A DNA stretch of 61,340 nt, the filler included, from Rhabdomonas costata (Eukaryota), in NCBI GenBank assembly GCA_019059605.1. It is 11 parts of 11 records of this genome, joined end to end, with 100 filler letters (N's around TTAATTAATTAA, not from the genome) between each part and the next. Parts side by side here need not be neighbours in the genome. Positions count along the whole stretch, not along the records: positions 22,510 to 28,077 come from JAHMHO010000064.1; positions 28,178 to 33,594 come from JAHMHO010000065.1; positions 33,695 to 39,134 come from JAHMHO010000066.1; 8 more parts are not named here. The stretch is one strand, 5' to 3'. This document shows, piece by piece, positions 22,938 through 36,929 of the stretch; the first letter of the stretch is position 1; the number at the start of each line of letters is the position of its first letter. Both the position numbers and the translations under genes were made by a program. The notes under the pieces are model-generated. The model ran no database searches, had not been told where the DNA came from, and was given only the letters and a program-made list of their open reading frames with translations.

Positions 22938-25900
22938 CGAGCTCATTGCCCACGGCGGAGCTGTGGTCAGTGATGGTCCTGTTCAGGCGGAACCCACTGA
23001 AGCCATTGTGTGCCACAAGAAACCAGTTCGAAGGGAGCAGCAGATAGACAGAAGTCCCGAGCCTTCCTTTGCAAACCCTTCTGCTACCGCCGAAGGCTTC
23101 TCGGCCGCAATACATGAGTTTTCTACCCTCGCCCAGAGCGACAAAGGCCCGGAAGACCGAGTGGTCTTGGAGTTTCGGGGGTTTATGGAGAATGGACAAC
23201 AATCTGGACTTTTAACGGCAGCTTCTGCTGAGGTGCTTGGAAACCTCACCAAAACCCTTCACCACGGTTTGCAAGCAGCACGGTTGCTTTCGCTGTGTCC
23301 AAAACTGGATCAACCGGTTTTCGTTTTGTGCTCTTTATGTCAGTGGTTTTGCGCTCCAGCGCTCATCTGAGACATTGTGGCAAGAGCGGGGACCCGAACA
23401 TCGTGTACTTTCAGCGTGCGCTCAGTTGCGCTGCACTGGCGCTCTTTGTCATGTCACGCGAGGGCATTCCACGGGTTTGCTTTGTTTCGCTGGCATCCGG
23501 AGTCCGGAGCTAACCCTTCTCACCATGTTAAGTTTGCGCTGATTCTGTTTCACACAGGAAGTGGTTGTTGAGGAGGCATTCGAGACCGTTATAGTGTTCT
23601 GCAAGGAGCTGATGGCAAATCTGAAAAACTGGTTCACGTCCGACGCTGGTAAACACTTGGTGCACATTTTTCCGTTTTCTCGGTAATTTTAGCTTGCTAT
23701 AATGTCCTGCAATGCTTTAGTTTGGACACCTGATGTCATTGGGGGTTGGGGATTCTGCAGGGAAGAAGGCCGTCAAAGGGGATGCCTGGAAAGGGATGGC
23801 GGAACGGTGTCGGTCTGTGCTGCAGGACTTGGCTTTGCCTTTGGAAATGCGCCTGGTGAGTCAGATTGACGCTGTATCTGTGGTGAGTATACCCTTAACC
23901 GGCATCTTTCTGCCTGATCCAGGTCCAAAAAATGCTTTACCCCCGAGAACTTCACCGGCTGGCTTTTTTGTTGTGCCTTCATTTGTTTATTTTTTGCAGT
24001 CAAGATGACGGCTAAAAGCTCGGCACCGTACTTTTTGCATCCCTCCCTGGACCTTTTGTGGGCGTTGGTAGGCAGCTATCCCTCTCTTCGCGGAGACATT
24101 GTTTGTCAAGTCGTCGCCCTGATGTCCACTCTCTCTGCGGTCAGCTTCCCCACANNNNNNNNNNNNNNNNNNNNNNNNNNNNNNNNNNNNNNNNNNNNNN
24201 NNNNNNNNNNNNNNNNNNNNNNNNNNNNNNNNNNNNNNNNNNNNNNNNNNNNNNNNNNNNNNNNNNNNNNNNNNNNNNNNNNNNNNNNNNNNNNNNNNNN
24301 NNNNNNNNNNNNNNNNNNNNNNNNNNNNNNNNNNNNNNNNNNNNNNNNNNNNNNNNNNNNNNNNNGGGGTTCAGGTTGCATTACGGCGAGGCGAGTCTCT
24401 CCATTGCGATGTTCACGGCACTCCTGCTCCAGATTCTCCAGGCATGTGTTCCGATGCCGTCGACGCTCCACAGGAGCCGTCTGCTACTGCCCGAGGAGCA
24501 AGTCGCCCAGATCACCTCATGCTCAGTGCACTGCGCTGAGGTGGCCGCCGTGGCCAAAGGCATGGTCCGGGTGTTCCTCGACCACAACTTCCGTGCTGCT
24601 GGTTTCCTAGCTGTCTCTGCCTCACGGTTTTTTTTTCCGCCGCGTGGTGATGCTGCTCACTGCTCAGGAACATTTTGTTTTCATGCTTTGCTGGCCACAA
24701 ATTTTCCGTTTTTTCAGTAAATTATTGCGTTTCCTTTCCAAACAAGGACAATGCTGTCATGGACCTTATTTCGGTTTCCTGGAATTTCGATTGTTTGGTG
24801 CTTGCTCAGGATCGCCTTGAAAAGGAATTGTCTGTGAGTCTCCTGCACCAGTTAGTTCAGGACTTGCTGCTGTGCCTCACCAGGCCTGAGTGGCCTTCCG
24901 CGGAGATCCTTCTCCGCGCTCTTGTGGAAGCCCTGGTCGACCGGTACGTGTGTCATGTTCCCAACCTCGGTCCTCGCACAAACGGTGTATTCTGGGAGAG
25001 GATGAAAACCATGTCAATTGAGATACTGGGAAAGGTCATCTTGCACTGCGATCGGGAGTTGGACTTGCATCCGAACACAAAGCTCGATCCAGATGCTGAT
25101 GTGGAGCCCTGGTTTGTGCCCCCTTCTGTTGAGCCTAATGGTCGCGAAGATGACGAAAAGAAACCAACACGAAAGGGCCGTGGGGATTCCAAAAAGGCAA
25201 AGCAGGGCGACGCTGTCTCCTGTGAACTTCCTGTCCCTGCTTTGTTCGATCCGACAAGAGACACAACATACAAGCAGCTTTACTTGTTCCTCGGTGATCC
25301 TTCTTGTTGGGTTGAGAACAATCGTCTTTGGCTCTCAGCTCGACAGTTGATGATATGCCTTTGGAATAACGAAGAACACGTTGCTTTTCTGGAGGCTTCG
25401 AAAAAGAAGGACGACTCTGAGTCTTCCAAAGCTCGAGTGCAGCAATGGCAGTCAGAGCATGAAGCCAAGAGCAAATGGCAGGGGTTTCTTTTGACCGAAG
25501 ATGTGAAATCTGCACCCTTACCTCCGAAGGGCGAGTCCGAACTCGCTGTGCTCTATTCTCAAAAACGAGGCCTTGTGCGGCAACTTCTGCTCGGCCGAAC
25601 AGGCTCTTTGCTTCATCCGGTGTATGCGGACAGCATCCTGAACCTGCTGCTGGTGCTTTTCCGTAAGCCTGACACCCCTGCTCAGAGCCGCAGCAAGGCC
25701 GCAAAGGTTCTCCGGGAGATTGCGGAGTCCAAGCCCGATCGCCTGTGCGCGATATGGAGGCACACCACCCATGGCCTGCGCGACGCGTCAGTTGTAGTGC
25801 GCGAGAGTGTATTAGCGTTGGTTGGTTTCATCCTTCATTCCGGCAAGCTGCGCAATGAGATGTTAAGTTCAGAGGTTGACAAAGACTCTGCGAACCCGTT

Positions 25901-27980
25901 GTGTGCCCTGGTGGGCTGCATTGTGGGAAGACTGAAGGACAAAGGATTCAGTGTGGTAAAGCGGGCGGTCTCCATTTTGGACAAGGTCCTGAGTGCGGGT
26001 ATCATTGCCGAACATCGTGTGCTGGAGCACAGGGTCTTCATCGAACTTCTTCACTGTGTGAAACATTCTGATGTGCGGTTGCGAGAAATGGTGGTGAGGC
26101 TTTTTCGACACGTCTGGTTTGGCATCCCTTTTGACATTTCAGACGTCAAGGGGGACATGCTGATTTTTGCTGAAGAGGTGGTGGAGGACGGGCCATCCGA
26201 GCTGGTGAGCTGTGCAGATAAGATTCTCGACCTGCTCGTCTCAGATTGTGAGAATGAGCTGATTGAATTCGAGGAAAAACACCCCCTGGTGGAAGCGCTG
26301 CGCTACATGGTGTTGCCTGGGAAGCAGAAGGCCTGTCACACCGAGCATGCTGCTGAAAGCTTGTGCCGAGCAGCAGAAGCATTGCTTTTGCGTGTTCGTA
26401 CGATGGAGAAATCCGATACCCCAATTGCAGACATCCGGCACAAAGGCAATTCCTCCGTTGGTTGCTGTGTGGCGACTCTTCACTTGCTTGCTGTCGTGAA
26501 ACCTGAGCTGTTCAAGAATCACCTTTTGGGATGCTTTTCGGCGCTTCTCTGTGTACCCATGGCTCCGAAGGATGAGTTGGTGGTTTGCCTGTTTCACGCG
26601 ATTCAGACGATTTCTCGGGTGGTGCGGTATTCGAATGCTGTGCAGGTGTTGAGCCCCGAACGCTTGAGAGTTGACATTATTGAGCCGCTGATTCAGATCA
26701 CGCGAGTATTCAATGTCCCCAAGCAGCATCAGTACACACTGAAAATATCCCAAGCAGCGGTGCAATGTTTGTGCCATCTGCTTCGATCAAGCTCGGCCAG
26801 CTTTGAGACCTTCATGCCAGCTGTGTTTGACCATTTTAATAGTGTCTACTTTTTCCATCAGCATCGGTTTCTGAGGGAATCATCTCGGTTTTCCGAGTTG
26901 GCGCCATACATTCTCCGGTACCTGTTGCTCCTGTCGTGCTTCGCTCGCGGGTTTGAATGGGATAAACACCTTGAGATTCTCCGGGGGATCAAGACAAAGG
27001 AAAGCAATGAGTTAGCCGGAGGTCCTGGTGTTCTGGAGAACTGCTTCGTGCTTTGCGAAGCCTACCGGACCACCCCATGTGCCTCGGACCTGAAGGAGAA
27101 AATAGAAACGATGATTATTGGCATCGTGGGAAGCTGCTGCATGATAAACCCGCGTAATTTTGTGCAGCGTTCTTTGCCGTTTTTAACCGAGATGCTCGCT
27201 CGTGCGAGCCCCGACCTGCAGTGTCACACTCTCAAAATGGTTTGTGAATACCTCTTGCACGAAGAAGAAGTGATATCGCAGGCAGCGGTTCGTCAGCGCA
27301 GTGATGCCATGTCCTCTGCTCAGGAAGACAGTGGACTGACCAGCAGTCTTATGCAACAGCTTCTCAGTGGGGTTTTGTGTTGTCTGCAGAGTCAGACCCT
27401 TCGTGTCCGCAGTAAAGCCCTGGAAGTTATCGACTTGACAGTTCGACATGGACTAGTGGTTCCAGCTCTTTGCGTAGAAGGAGTCGCTGCCTCCTTGTCG
27501 GACGTGGGTGCACTTCGGCCACGTGCTGTAGATCTGCTTAAATTTCTCGAGGAAAAGCACCCAGCATTTCTGCTCAGCAAAGTTACTGCCGGAATAGGTC
27601 GCTCTTTTCTCTTCCAGATCTGCTGCCTGAGGCTTTCACCACCGGAAGTGCACGGGTTCATGTTCGACGAGAGGGATTGTCCCGTAAGTCTACACGAGCC
27701 TCTTCTTGACTTTCTGCTTAAAACGAAGAGTTCCAGCAACGCTTTCCTTCCCGAGCTTTTGCGCTTCGCCTTGCGGAACTCGGGTGGTGCTGAAGACTTC
27801 ATTCGATTGTTGGTTAAAGTGGGCTCTGGGGAAGAAGCCACGGCGGTCTGCAATTCCCACCTAGGGTTTCACTTCGTGAGAGTTATCGTGGAGTCGCTTG
27901 CCTTCCACTCCTTTGCGAAAGAAGACCAGGTCATGGGAGTTATGGAGCAAGTGGACAATCAGATCAACCTCCACAGTGAG
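22938..27980 (+). CDS. SCC2: Nipped-B / SCC2 cohesin loader, partial (several small exons and one about 3.2-kb exon)
   Basis: LVQDLLLCLTRPEWPSAEILL (NIPBL LLS..NKPEWPAAE motif), RSKAAKVLREIAE, LRDASVVVRESVLALVG, LKDKGFSVVKRAVSIL, DSGLTSSLMQ, HEAT-repeat character; ends at donor gag|gtacga. Confidence 0.9.
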
Positions 27981-28612
27981 GTACGACGTTCTTGCTGAGT
28001 TTTTATGCGACCAACCCCGCGGGGTATGAACCTGTGAAATTAACTGCGATGGCAAATTCATGCTCTTCCCAAACCCCNNNNNNNNNNNNNNNNNNNNNNN
28101 NNNNNNNNNNNNNNNNNNNNNTTAATTAATTAANNNNNNNNNNNNNNNNNNNNNNNNNNNNNNNNNNNNNNNNNNNNTTGTGTATTTGGGTGTAGTGAGG
28201 GGGGGGCACGTTTGGGCTAATTGATGTGCTTGGAACATTGATCTGCAAATTCAGAATTGCAATGCATTGTTGGCCTGCCCAACAGTGGATTACACATAAT
28301 AATCCGAGAATAACCAAATATAACCAAATAACAACCAAGCAACGAGGATGAAAGGCTTTTTTCCGCAAACCAGTGCCTTGGGAAGAGGGCAGAACTCAAA
28401 CCGCGGGGGAGCGATTGCAACACGAAACGGGGAATTTGAACCCGAAATTTAGTTAGGGTGTCGAACGACTTTGCTCGATCTTCATCCAAAAGGATAACAA
28501 CTCCCTTCATGATTGGTGTGAGTAGATGGATTGGGGTTTGAGCTTTCCGGTTTTTTCTGTTCGTCCAGCTTAGCATTCTGCCCTGCTCTGTGATGGTGTT
28601 TCAATCTTGCAG

Positions 28613-31600
28613 GTATTTGGCGGCGGCACGTTCTGTCCCATGACCTTGCCAGTCACGGAGGATCAAGGAATCAACCAAGGCTACGCCTTTGGCCGATACC
28701 GGTGCAACCCACCAACGAGACTTCAGACATCTCTTTTCAGGGTATATGGCCAATGGCGCGCGCGCCCTCCTCCCTAAAACCAATAGACCGATTTTTTGTC
28801 AGTTTTTCCTGTGATTTCGTCATAACTAGGCCTGGGAACGAAAAAGAGCGGCTGGGTTCTCTTTTTGTGACCTTTTTCACACAGCAAATGAAGAGCATGG
28901 ACCCCTCCCCCCGGTTCCTGGTGCACACCGGGGATATTGCTCCCCACGGCTACCCAGGTGAGCGGGCGGGCGTCTTGTTGGCTCTTCCGTGGGCTTTTTG
29001 TTGTTCCTCCCCTATTCCAAACGTGGTTGACCTTGGTCGACGCCGAATTATGTTATATTCGATCTAGTAGTTTGATTGAGTGTCAGTTAAAGTTTCCAGA
29101 TACGACAGAGTCGGTGTGCCAAGTTCGGCAATAATGCTGTGAACATACAGCGAGCCTCTCCCTGCTGAAGCCTTACTGCATCTTTGGCGTTTTGGAGCGG
29201 CAGAGGTGAGCCAAGGGGAACCTGCCCCCCCCCCCTGATCCCAATTCTTCGAGGGATGCCCCGAAAGCTTTATGGCTTCACCGTGGATCACCATTACGTA
29301 GAGCTCTGCCTTTGTGCTTCTTGCAGGGAGTTGATATGATGTTGGGTTGTGGGGGTTGTGAAAGAGAAATGAAAGTAGCTGCGCACTGCCTTCTTCTTGT
29401 GGAGCTCTCCATTGTTCCCACCACACAGATGACAAATATGATTTGACTCCCTCCACCAAGCTGAATGACCTGTGTATGTCCAAGCCAATGATCTTCCGGC
29501 ACTACGTTGGAAGACTGCGCCAGGTTTGCAAGACCTCAGTGAGTGCACAGTTGAGCGGAAAAGCTTCCCGCAATTGAGGTGGGAATACGGGTGTGTGTGT
29601 GTGTGTGGTTGTAGGCCGTGCCGCTTCCATACCTCACTGGACGCTTCCCACTTCCTTATTTTCGCGCGGTGTCTTTGCATATTAAACACCGAAAGCTCAG
29701 CACCTTCACTCACTGCTTTGTGATCTGGACTGCGTCCACCTCTGGCAGGCCTTCCCCAACACCACCATCGCCTTCACCATGGGCAACAACGATCACTTCC
29801 CGAAGAACACGTACTGGCAGCCCTTCATGACATGGGCCGGCGACATGCTGCGGGCCGAGGGGATCCTGAACTCGGACCAGCACGCCACCTTTGTGCAGCA
29901 TGGCAGCCACTACGTGGACGTCGACAAACTTCGGCTGCTGTGCCTTGACCTGACCCTGTTCGTCCCCGGAGGTTGCTCCTCTGGGATAGAATGAATACAT
30001 TGGGGTTGCAGAGATCGAGTGCTGTTCTGTTTGGCGTGTCACGGTGAGGGGTGGAGCGGGGTGTGCGTTATTGTTGCAACTACGTTGGGGTTGTCATTGT
30101 TAAACCCTGCGCTGCGTGGGCCATGAAGCGGCGAAAAAGGGATACGAGGATATAAGAGCCGCCAAGAGGCGCCACCACGGGCCTAGGGTGAAAGGTCAGG
30201 AAACTGTGACCCCGAGGACCTGCCTCGCGGTGTTTGGGAGGCTTGGCGTATATTCAAGAGGCCCCAGGCCTGCGTCGGCTTTGCCCTCGTGAAAGAAGCT
30301 GTCCTGTTCTTTCCTATCCGTGTCGCTTTTTGGTCAGGAGAGACCACGTTTGTGACGGAGAAGGAGCTGGAGGGGCTGAAGGGCAGAGCCAGGCAGCACC
30401 AGCTGTATCCTGTGCGCCATCGGCTGGTGAAGTTTGTGAGGGAAGCTCTGGAGGATGCCAAGAACAAGGTTGTTGACCCTCCTCTCCTATTCTCCGAGTC
30501 CGCGGATTGATATCGCACAGACGCTGGCGTTTTGCCAGAATGGAATTTTGTGTGGTGGTGTATCAGGTGGGAAAGCGAAAGAGGCGACCAAGACCATGCC
30601 TCTACGCACCAACGCACCATCCGACGCTTGGTTTTGTTGGGCTGGTTTCGCTGTCGATCGGTTTTGGTGTGAATTGAGTTGCTCGGTGGTGGTTTTTGTC
30701 GGTGGTTTGTCGGTGGTGGTTTCTGTGCGTAGGGCATGTCCGTTTACTTCGTGGGGCACCAGCCCTTGGCCACGAAGAAGGGAAAGGACGAGATGGATAT
30801 CGATGATATTCATTACCAGGAGGTGACCATTCACCCGATTCTCTTGATTTTGTGTTGGGCTTATCATTGTGATACACTGAAAGCATTGCAATACACTGTA
30901 CGGAGTTTTCTCGATTTCGAAGGCAACTTACCAGTCGAATCCATTATTTTCGGGGCACTGGAAGTGCCGGCGAAGAAGTGAAGCTAAGGTGGGAAATTTT
31001 TCCTTCTCAGGTAGGCCTGAGCGCTCGTCTCCCCACCACCACCCGCACTCTTCACTGCCCCACAGTTCAAGGCCATCCTGGGACGCTACCAGGACATCAT
31101 CCGGGTGGCGATGTTTGGGCACCGCAACTACGCCGGGCTGCAGCCCATCCTGGACAGTGTGGAGCGGCCAATCATCCCCTCCATCACCATCCCTGGGGTC
31201 TCGCCTCGGGGTCTCAACAACCCGTCTTTCAGCGTGATGTTCTACGACCCTGCGGAGTACACCATTGTGGACTTCGAGCAGGTTTCCTCTCTCTCTCTCT
31301 CTCTCTCTCTCTGCCATAGCCTTCGCCTGGCTTCCCTCCTCTTTCACCCTCTTGGGGTGTCTCCAATCTATGCAATTTTAGACTAAGGGTCCAGGGATGT
31401 TGTAATCCCCCTTCCCCGCTACTTTTCTGTCTTCACTGGCCTCAGATCCTCAGATCCTCAGATTGTGCCCTATCACCACGTCCACAGTTCTACTACTGTC
31501 TTGCCCACTTCGGTACAATCCCCCCAGTTACCATTTATACCTCACACCCCTTTCACATACCCACATACCCACAAATACACCGTGTCACCGTTTGTTTACA

Positions 31601-32828
31601 ATTGTTATGCCTGCTGCACTCCGCAATTTTATACTCTTCCGTGCTGTTGTAATGACGAATGACTTAGGGGTAATCACATTGCAGTGAGCAGGTCGGAGGG
31701 CTTGACCTTGCCCTCACTCCGCCCTACTCACATGTATCCCTCTACCCCTCCCCTATGACCCAAGAAATTGAGAACCTTCCCTGGGGGCGCTGCCAACCAC
31801 ATGTGTGGCAGAGAATCTTCCATAGATGCGGAGATGACATCGAGTTGTGGTGATTTCCTCTCTCCCGTCTCTTCAGTCCATAATTGCTCGTTGTTGCAGT
31901 GGATCTTCATCTTGGGTGACGAGAACGCCAAGGCCCGGTACAAGGGGGACTCGTACCTTGGGACCTGGAGGCAGCACCGCCGAGACTTGTTCTCGTGGTC
32001 CGCCGTCAGCGGGGGCCGGCCCTTTACGGTGGGCGTGCTGGTGCAGTACCTCACCAACACCTCCTCCGACATGGCGAACTTTTTCCGCTACCAGACCTGG
32101 AAGCGCGGGGGGTACGTTGGGGACGAGGCCCCCGAGAACTACATCTGCAAGGTTTGCGTGTGCGGACGGGTGGGTCCCCTTCAGTGAACTTTGTTTAGCG
32201 GGTCTCTGTTGCGTACTTTTGTGTTGTGTTTTGTCGATGCTTCACTCATGACGGAGATTAGTCAACACACAAACAACCCAAATCACTCGCAGAGGTGCAC
32301 TCGTGGATTTTGTGGAATTCAATTGTGAAGCATGATGAAAGGTCGAGGATGGTTGCGCTGTCTGCTTTGCTTGGCTTTTTTTTATCCAGTGTTTTGCATT
32401 TGCAGGAATCAGTTTGTTCTGTGCTGCTGCATCTTCAAAGCAATGTGTTGGCGAGCGCATTCTTTTTGATATTCTTCGACGGGTCGAGTAAATTATATCG
32501 CTGTCCCTAGTCAGTGTTGAACTCGGAGAATGAGTTAAAACTTGGAACTTGGGCTGGGCTTCAGTTTTGTGCCGCTGTTTATAAAGAATAAATACCGTAC
32601 TAGAAAAGACCCCGGGCCTGCATCGGCTTTGCCCTCTGGTATGCCCTTTCATTCTGTTCTAAAGAGTAATGGTTTTCGTTGGTGTTCCTGCATGATTTCT
32701 GATTTCTCTTTTGGAAAAATTTCTTTTCCATCTCCTCGCAGTCGATGTACGATGAAGGGGACTCGATGATGCGCTGCCTGTTCAAAGACCAGGACCCGCG
32801 TTGTTGGTCCAGCGCCTGGCTGGCATAG
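28613..32828 (+). CDS. Acid sphingomyelinase-like (calcineurin-fold) phosphodiesterase, 9 exons recovered, 5' part missing
   Basis: Canonical GT-AG splicing gives FGRYRCNPP, LVHTGDIAPH, MGNNDHFP, VYFVGHQP, AMFGHRN and PGVSPRGLNNPSF, with the stop at 32826-32828. Confidence 0.9.
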
Positions 32829-35800
32829 GGGTCCACCTTTACCGCTTCTCACCACAACCACACTAGGGGGACTTTGCTCCCACGGCTTATATATCACAAG
32901 CCGTTCGCTGGGCTGCATGGGAGGCTCTCTGGAGTAGAATCAGCTGACAATTTGTGTTGTTTCGACCCTCTACTTTTTGGATTTGCGGGGCGCACTTTGC
33001 AGACCGCACACCGTTCACATGCTCGAATTTCGGAGAGTTTACGCCAGGGAGTGTGGGCGGATTGATAACTTCCTCAGGATTTTATGCACGCATGCGACAG
33101 CAGCGTCGGCAGTGATGGCACGCTTGTGCATGCGCTCGTGAGAGCTGGACCCCCACGAAACCTTGGCCTCGCTCTACCAAATGTCCGACGGGGGGTCGGC
33201 TCCCGGCGGGACCCCTTTACAGTGGCACTTAGTCGGTAATAACTCTAGGAAAACAACACTGCACTGCGACAACGGGGTTGTTCGCACAGTGGCGGGATCT
33301 TCAGTAAGCAAGCATGGCACCAAGAAATCACACAGGAGAGACTCAAAGATAAGTACACGGCCTCCACAAACAAAGGTAAAGGTAAGGGAGAGGAAGCAAG
33401 TGCGGGAAGGGGAAAGGCTGGTGAAGCAGGTAGTGTGCTGCAAGGGAATGATGGGTTGAGGAGAGGATGGGGGGGGGTCAGGAAGGGGATAGGAAGAACA
33501 AGAGATATGGTTTTGAGAGAAGGGACAACCAAAACAGTGGAGTGCGTGCATTGGGGACGCATTCCTTCAGCAAAGGAGGAATGAAAAAAAAAACNNNNNN
33601 NNNNNNNNNNNNNNNNNNNNNNNNNNNNNNNNNNNNNNTTAATTAATTAANNNNNNNNNNNNNNNNNNNNNNNNNNNNNNNNNNNNNNNNNNNNTGTGGC
33701 TTTTCAGTGTTCAGTCATTCTGCATCATGTGGTACATGAAGTTTTCGCTGAATGTTTCGTTGTATTTCATTCCAGAACGCGGGATGTGGCACTGTTATAT
33801 GGGATCGCCGCAAGCAGTGGCCATGTGACTTCAGAATCATACCTTTGGAAAAAGAGCTTAAACAGAAGTACTGACTGATATAACATTCGCAAGCAACGTC
33901 CGAGAGCGAAAACCCGCAGGCTGTTCGAAGTCATTTGGGTAGTCTTGATCCAGCGGAGTTGCCGTGGAAGCTACAAAATACATGGGTTGAAGGAAAACAG
34001 GGCCACCTTTCATGATGCCATATGATGCCTTGCTGGGTCACTCCGCGTCTTTGGTTTGGGGCTCGGACTGGTCGTTACCCCCCTCGCTTCAAAAAGACTG
34101 CCCGAAAAGCCCAGAAAAAAACGGAACCCACCCTTCGCATGGCGATGCCCATAAGCAACGGCCCCACGTTCTCCAGAACATCCTCTCTCTGGCCTCCGCA
34201 GTACACTTCCTTCTTGACGGGGCCGGCCGCCCACAAACGCCGGCTGTCTCTCCAGCCGCCCCCGCCCGCGATCAAAGAAAAGCCGCGAAGAAGGGACACC
34301 CCCGCGGAATGCCGTGTGGGCCACGGACGCTCATGACACTCGAACCATTTTGTTCACAAAAAAGCTAACCAAGCAGTTACTTAGACCGCGGACCTGGACG
34401 CCAAGGTGTGGAATGCGCTGTCAACTGGGGTGTGGCTGATGGCGGCGCCTCCCCTGGAGCGGCCCGGTCGGATGTTGGTCCGAGGCAAGTCCGATGATCC
34501 CACCGAAGACGACGATCTGCAGGCCTTGGGCATATATCTTTTCACGCCTGACCCACAGCCTCCGATGTGGGTGGATTTCCCAACCGCCCCAGCACCTATA
34601 CCCATCCGCTGCTGGCTGGTGTCGTGTACGAAGCTCTCCTTCGCTGCGGCGCCCGTGCGCGAGCCGGTGCTAATCACTCCGCCCAGGGGGCCAGCCTTGA
34701 GAGCACCCACGCCGCCACACTGGGGACAACTTGGCGCTTCGTCACTAGCATGCCTTTCCAATCCTGGCGGGCGCCCTGTAGGACCCCAAGTTCCCGCGAC
34801 AGTCGTCGGGTCCAGCCCGGCCACCAGAGCGAGCCAATATAATGGCACACCAGCTCACAGCCTCGCACACGTGGCACACCTTAAAATTTTTGTGAGGTTC
34901 CTCTATTAAAACGCCCTTTTTCAACATAACACCCTATTCGAAGCAACGCCAAATCATGCAAATGCATTTCTTTCATTTGCCGTTGCTGCGGTTATCTGGG
35001 ACAACCGCTCATAAAAAGCACCAGAGTTGTATGTATACGGTTGATTGACGATAGGTGATGATTTGTTGAGAGTTTTTATTTGATTTAACTTGATTTAACC
35101 AATACAAACTACTGAATGCACCCGAAAAGTGCGACTACAGTTCAATTGGCAAATTATAGAGATTAAGAGAAATACAGTTTCAGTTGGTATCACCATCCAG
35201 TTCGCGGATTTAATTTCCGTTGTGTGACACTTTATTTACGCTGGTTATGCAAAAAAGACACAGCCAGTCAAACAAGTCCACGCGTACATGAACATATATG
35301 CCTTGCTACTTCTCCATGTGCTCCATAACCTACATACCCTAGACCCCCACTATTAATTGTTGAGTCAGACATTGCCAAACGGTAAGTTCCAGTTAACACA
35401 AGCCATGGAAAACTGCAGCCAAAATCATTAGAGTCCTAAACCATGCGAATGTGGATTTACAATTAAACTAACTACACTTACAAAGTGCTACTTATACACT
35501 CACTAACTACTACATTGCACCTCTTTACCACATATTCTGAACCCAAGTACCGTCCTGCAGCGTTCTTGATGCTGCTTTGCTTTTCAGTTTCTTCTTTTTT
35601 ACACCTACTTACCACGTTATTTTATTTCGAAGTTACCTTTTCACAACTACAATGCTACCGATAAAGCACACCAATTTCTTACATTGCCACATACGTTTAC
35701 AACGTGAAATACGTAAATGTCACAGAGATGGAATTAACCTCTTAATGCACAAAAATATATTTTTCTTTTTAATAGATGTTAGTGCGTCTCCATTTTCACA

Positions 35801-36929
35801 CTAGAAACTAATGCAAAATGGAACTTTTTCACTAGAAACAAATTAACTTCAAAAAGTGTAGAGAATCGCTATGCACTTTCTGTTACCTGTTGCTTTCCAG
35901 GTACGCAAAAACCTGTACAAGACATACGCATGAACAACGCCAAATAAGAAGCCAGCAAATGCCTAATACTACCTAAAGTCACCTAATCAATGATGTAGCT
36001 TCTACTCGCGTTCGCATCATATTCTGTGTGCTGTGTAAATTTACATCAAGCATCCATTTTATTATCACATCTTGTAGCAACTTGCACCAAAAGACTCACC
36101 CAGATCCAAAAAGACACAAAATCTAGAAATATAGAGCTAAAGCATGAATCGTGAGTGATAAAAGTTTCACAATGATGCTGAAGAGGAGAAAATTGAGACA
36201 GTAAAAATAATGTACAAATGTATTCAACAAAAAGAAGAAAAAGCCAGCAATAGTAGCAGTCAAAATTTTTAGTTTGATTAAAAAGAAGATTGAAAGCCAG
36301 AATCAATGAGTCTAAATCGAATTTCAGTCAAAGAAGCTGAGTTTTCAAAAGACTTCATGGAATATAAAGCGGCAAAAATCACATGCAGTTTGGTTTGAGT
36401 TCCAGCAAGAAGGTTGAAAGATAAAAGGTTGGAGGTTGTACAATGACTACTTCAGGAGATTTCTGCAATGAGTGCATGGTGAAGCAAATAATTTCTAAAA
36501 CGTTTAAATTATTAATGCGACTATGTTGTGATGGTAGAGAATAGTTGCATTATGAATTAGAATACTTTGAGTTGAAGCCGAGAGTTGTGGACAAGTGTAG
36601 AATCAAAAAAGACCTTGGAGGAGTTTTGTCTGTTTTTGATATGACGCATTTGAGTGTGGATATGGAATTTGCTCAATCTAATTTAATGAAGATTTTTGCG
36701 TAAAAAAAAGTAGCTTTTTGAATTTACTGTTGTTTTAATTGTACTTGCTGAATTAATAGACTGCAGTGCATACTGTTTGGTGAGGATTTGTGCGGTTGAT
36801 ATGTGTATCTTAATGCCGTTATACTTTGTTTTGATTTGCACTGTTAGGATGGTCGACGTGATTACCATGATTTTACAAACAAACATGGAATAGGAAAAGG
36901 TTTGATGGCTCACTCACACCCAATGCTTG

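Noticed and set aside
34010-34909. GC-rich overlapping ORFs as a gene or RLE element
   Set aside because: Only an isolated RPAD tetrapeptide was seen, with no ordered motifs or splice structure.
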